Assembly (NCBI GenBank): GCA_030390025.1
Contig: CM059438.1
Location: 58,096,001-58,160,000, forward strand
Source: Squalus acanthias
Taxonomy: Eukaryota
Direction of reading: 5' to 3'
DNA: 64,000 nt
The position numbers and the translations under genes are program-made. Position 1 is the stretch's first letter. Each line of letters begins with the position of its first letter. Shown piece by piece: positions 61,087 through 64,000 of the stretch. Below the pieces are notes generated by a model. That model searched no databases. It saw nothing but the letters and a program-made list of their open reading frames with translations, and was not told the DNA's origin.

Positions 61087-61794
61087 TCCTGATCTTTGGT
61101 CACCCGGTGCGGAGGAGAGTGGGCAGATTGGAGGACCTCCGCATTGGACTGCTCCTGGGCCTGGCCAAAGTTACCATTAACTGGTCCAGGCAGCGGGTGG
61201 TCGAGGGAGTCGTTCGGCCCGACTGCCTGCCTCTCTTCCGTGGCTATGTTTGCGCCCGGGTGGCCCTGGAGATGGAGCACGCAGTGTCCGCCGGCACGCT
61301 TGAGGCCTTCCGCGACCGGTGGGCACCTCGGGGACTGGAGTGCATTATCACCACCGAGAACCAAATTTTAATTTAAGTTGTTAAGTTTTATTTAATGTTT
61401 TATTAGTTACAGTATTTTTTGATTTAAGTGTGCATCAAAAAGAGTACACTCAGGGTTCCTTATCTTTGGTCCCCTGGTGCGGAGGGGAGCGGGCAGATCG
61501 GGGGACCTCCTCATAGGACTGCTCCTGCGCCTGGCCAAAGTGGCCATCAACTGGTCCAGGCAGTGGGTGGTCGAGGGGGTTGTTTGGCCCGACTGCCTGC
61601 CTCTCTTCCGCGGCCACGTTCACGCCCGGGTGGCGCTGAAGATGGAGCACGCGGTGTCCGCCGGCATGCTTGAGGCCTTCCGCAGCGACTCGAGTGCATC
61701 ATCACCCCGGACAATCAGATTTTAATTTAATTTGCTATGTTTCATTTAATGTATTTTTGTTAATTTACAGGTTATTTGTTCGTACCCAAAAAGA
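61087..61794 (+). mobile_element. Two tandem 3' ends of a Tx1/L1-group LINE
   Basis: LLLGLAKV.INWSRQ..FRGYV.ARVALEMEH..FRDRWA coding end twice, T-rich 3'UTR, aaaaaga tail; 15-bp flanking duplication. Confidence 0.8.
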
Positions 61795-62220
61795 GTACAC
61801 TCAAAGGGTGAACCAATATCAGGTGCAGTCTAATCGCAAGTCATGATTGCCACAGGCTTTTTCCAGTTCTTAAAGGGGAAGTTCATTGATGCTGCATAAC
61901 CTCATTCTCAGCCTTACTGTCTGCACAGCTGCCTCAGAGAGAGAAGGAGGTAGTCTCTCTGAGAGAGGAAGAGGAGGAGCTGGTGACCACGACTGCTACC
62001 ACTACTGCTGCTACTGAGGTGCCTGGAGAGTGGAGAGAGAAGAGAGAAGAGGTAAAAAAATACATCAGAAGGGAGCAATTAAGGGATCCATTGCCTCCCT
62101 TAATTGCTCAACCCACAAACATTTCGCACTTTTCAGCTAATCAATCTGTATGCATGCATTTCTCCCATCCTGCCTCCCTCCCCTCACCTTAACCCGACTC
62201 TTGTGCCTTTATGCTTTCAG

Positions 62221-62818
62221 ATAATGAGGAAGCACCTGAGCAGCCTGTCCCTGAGGGCACCATAGAAAGCGAGGCGGGAGAAGAGGAGGAGGAAGAACAC
62301 ACTGCATGTCTCACCCGCAGGCTCCAGCTCAGATACTGGCACTATGCATTCTTTAGAGGCTAGTATAGTAGCGGGATCTGCACAGGGTGAGGCACCGGGG
62401 ACAAGTGGGCTGCAGCAAGGCCGGGCGAAAGGGTATCTCGGGGGCCATCTTCCCGGAGAGCGGGTATGCGCACGAGTTCTGCTGCACAGGACTCAGATGA
62501 GGACCTCGATGGGGAGGCATTTAGAAGAAGGGTGATGGGCATGCACACGGAGATGATAGGTGCAATGGCAAAGGTGCCCGAGAGCCTCTCTGTAATGGTA
62601 AGAAGCGTGGAGGAGTCTGTCTCCAACATTGCACAAAGCTCTGTGCACACCATGGAGCCCATCATTTCCAGTCTACAAAGGATGGTAGACTCCCAGAGAG
62701 ACTGTGGCGACCCAGCCCTGATGCTGCGTGTGATGGGCGATCTGGCAGCTTCCATTGCAGCACAGGCGGAAGCGATGCCACGTCTTAGTGCTGTAATGCA
62801 GTCTATGGTTGGTGCCAT
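62221..62818 (+). pseudogene. Harbinger partner-gene last exon relic (acidic region plus coiled coil)
   Basis: gctttcag acceptor at 62220; composition and ESL..V..SVEES segment resemble 44135-44988. Confidence 0.55.
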
Positions 62819-63472
62819 AGCAGGCAGATTAAGGGAAAACCGATTGCAGAGGACGCCAACGTATAACGTTTCATCTGTCAATCAGTGACATTCTCTGTAG
62901 TTTGATGAGGTCTTGAATTCAAGACCTCATCAAACTTCTTTCTTTTACAGAAATGAGATGGTTGTTGCATCTGAGAATGCAACGGCCATCTCTCATCTGC
63001 AACACGGAGGTCAGAGACTCTCCGCATACAAACCGACTGAAGCCTGCAGGAAGAAATAAAGGTCAGTACACTTTTACTAACACCTTGCACTTACCTCAGA
63101 TACTCACCTCTACACTCTTGCACCCATCACTTACCTTCACAGCACACTTTTGCACCCCCCCCCGACCCCCGCAGACCCAGTACTCGCTGACCTGGCGGGT
63201 TTTTGAGCCTTCGGGAAGCCCGCCATTGTGAGGGCAAAAAGGGGATAATCCTATTTTCTGCCTGTTAACTACCTGTTAACAGACAGTTAATGGGCTTTAA
63301 TCCCTTCCCGCCTCCAAGGAGACGGGACCCGGCGTAGGACGGCTACCCGCCTCCTGGGAAGATGGCATGGAGGCGGGTCGGGGGCGGGTTCGGCACCCGC
63401 CCCCAAATTCTGCCATTTTCCCGGCAGTCCTGCCTCCATACCTGCCTCCCCAGGGCTGGCAAAATCGCCCTC
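62819..63472 (+). mobile_element. Harbinger MITE, hairpin-array family, copy C
   Basis: Shares gcagg..ttaagggaaa..gtttcatctgtcaa, cctgcaggaagaa and the end cagggctggcaaaatcgccc with copy B. Confidence 0.75.
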
Positions 63473-63900
63473 GTAATCCCTTCTCCTACTATAGAGAGCC
63501 TCTATAACCTCCCGGATGCAGCGATGGACGGCGAACTGCGAGATGTTTGCTATGTCTCCTGTTGCAGACTGGAAGGATCTGCTGGTGAAGAAATTGAGGG
63601 TGACAGTGACCTTGACTGCCACTGAGAGAGCCGTGGTCACCCTAATCTGAGGCTGGAGGTCTGGTTGCAGGAGGTGGCAGAGTTCTGTGACCACCTCCTT
63701 CTAATACACTGCTCCTCGCTTAATTGGAGGTAGGAGAATTACTCTCGGAATACCCTCGGAGGGTAAGGCCTCCTGTTGAGAGGCCTGATGGCCCTCCTCC
63801 TTCCTCTGGCCACATGTTCCAGTCTTTCTCGCTGCCTCCACTCCCTCCGCTGTAGATCCTGGAGGGCGAGGTCGACTGCCAGTACAGCCCCCATTAATGT
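63473..63900 (-). pseudogene. Harbinger transposase N-terminal relic
   Basis: VTELCHLLQPDL..ALSVAVKVT..LNFF..SFQSATGDIANISQ. Confidence 0.8.
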
Positions 63901-64000
63901 AACCAAGTGTCGCAGTTTGATTTTTTAATGAATTCAAGTCCTCATCAAACTCCTTTCTTTTACAGAAATGAGATGGTTGTTGCATCTGAGAATGCAACTG

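Overview
Eukaryotic, repeat-dominated window. The repeat set (CR1 LINEs with (TTTCTATG)n/(ATTCTATG)n tails, L2, RTE, Tx1, Penelope-like elements with hammerhead ribozymes, a Deu-domain SINE, many PIF/Harbinger elements and MITEs) points to a cartilaginous fish, probably a shark; this is an inference. Most ORFs in the track are transposon fragments or antisense noise. Between the repeats lies the 3' part of a spliced + strand host gene that the ORF track largely misses. It has five phase-compatible coding exons (14681-14805, 30365-30586, 35521-35610, 40584-40673, 53117-53259) and a likely 3'UTR exon at 57680. They encode the end of a C-type-lectin-like domain, a 74-aa single-exon module, Cys-rich segments and a C-terminal tail; I cannot name the gene. 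Other highlights: a nearly intact two-gene Harbinger (DDE transposase plus 3-exon Myb/SANT partner); a Harbinger-MITE family carrying tandem hairpins with compensatory changes; Penelope fold-back insertions with 13-14 bp TSDs and ribozymes on both strands; a CR1 with twin-priming inversion geometry; a four-level nested insertion; and two Tx1 3' ends at one repeated target. All calls were made by eye without database searches, and repeat boundaries are approximate unless a TSD is quoted.
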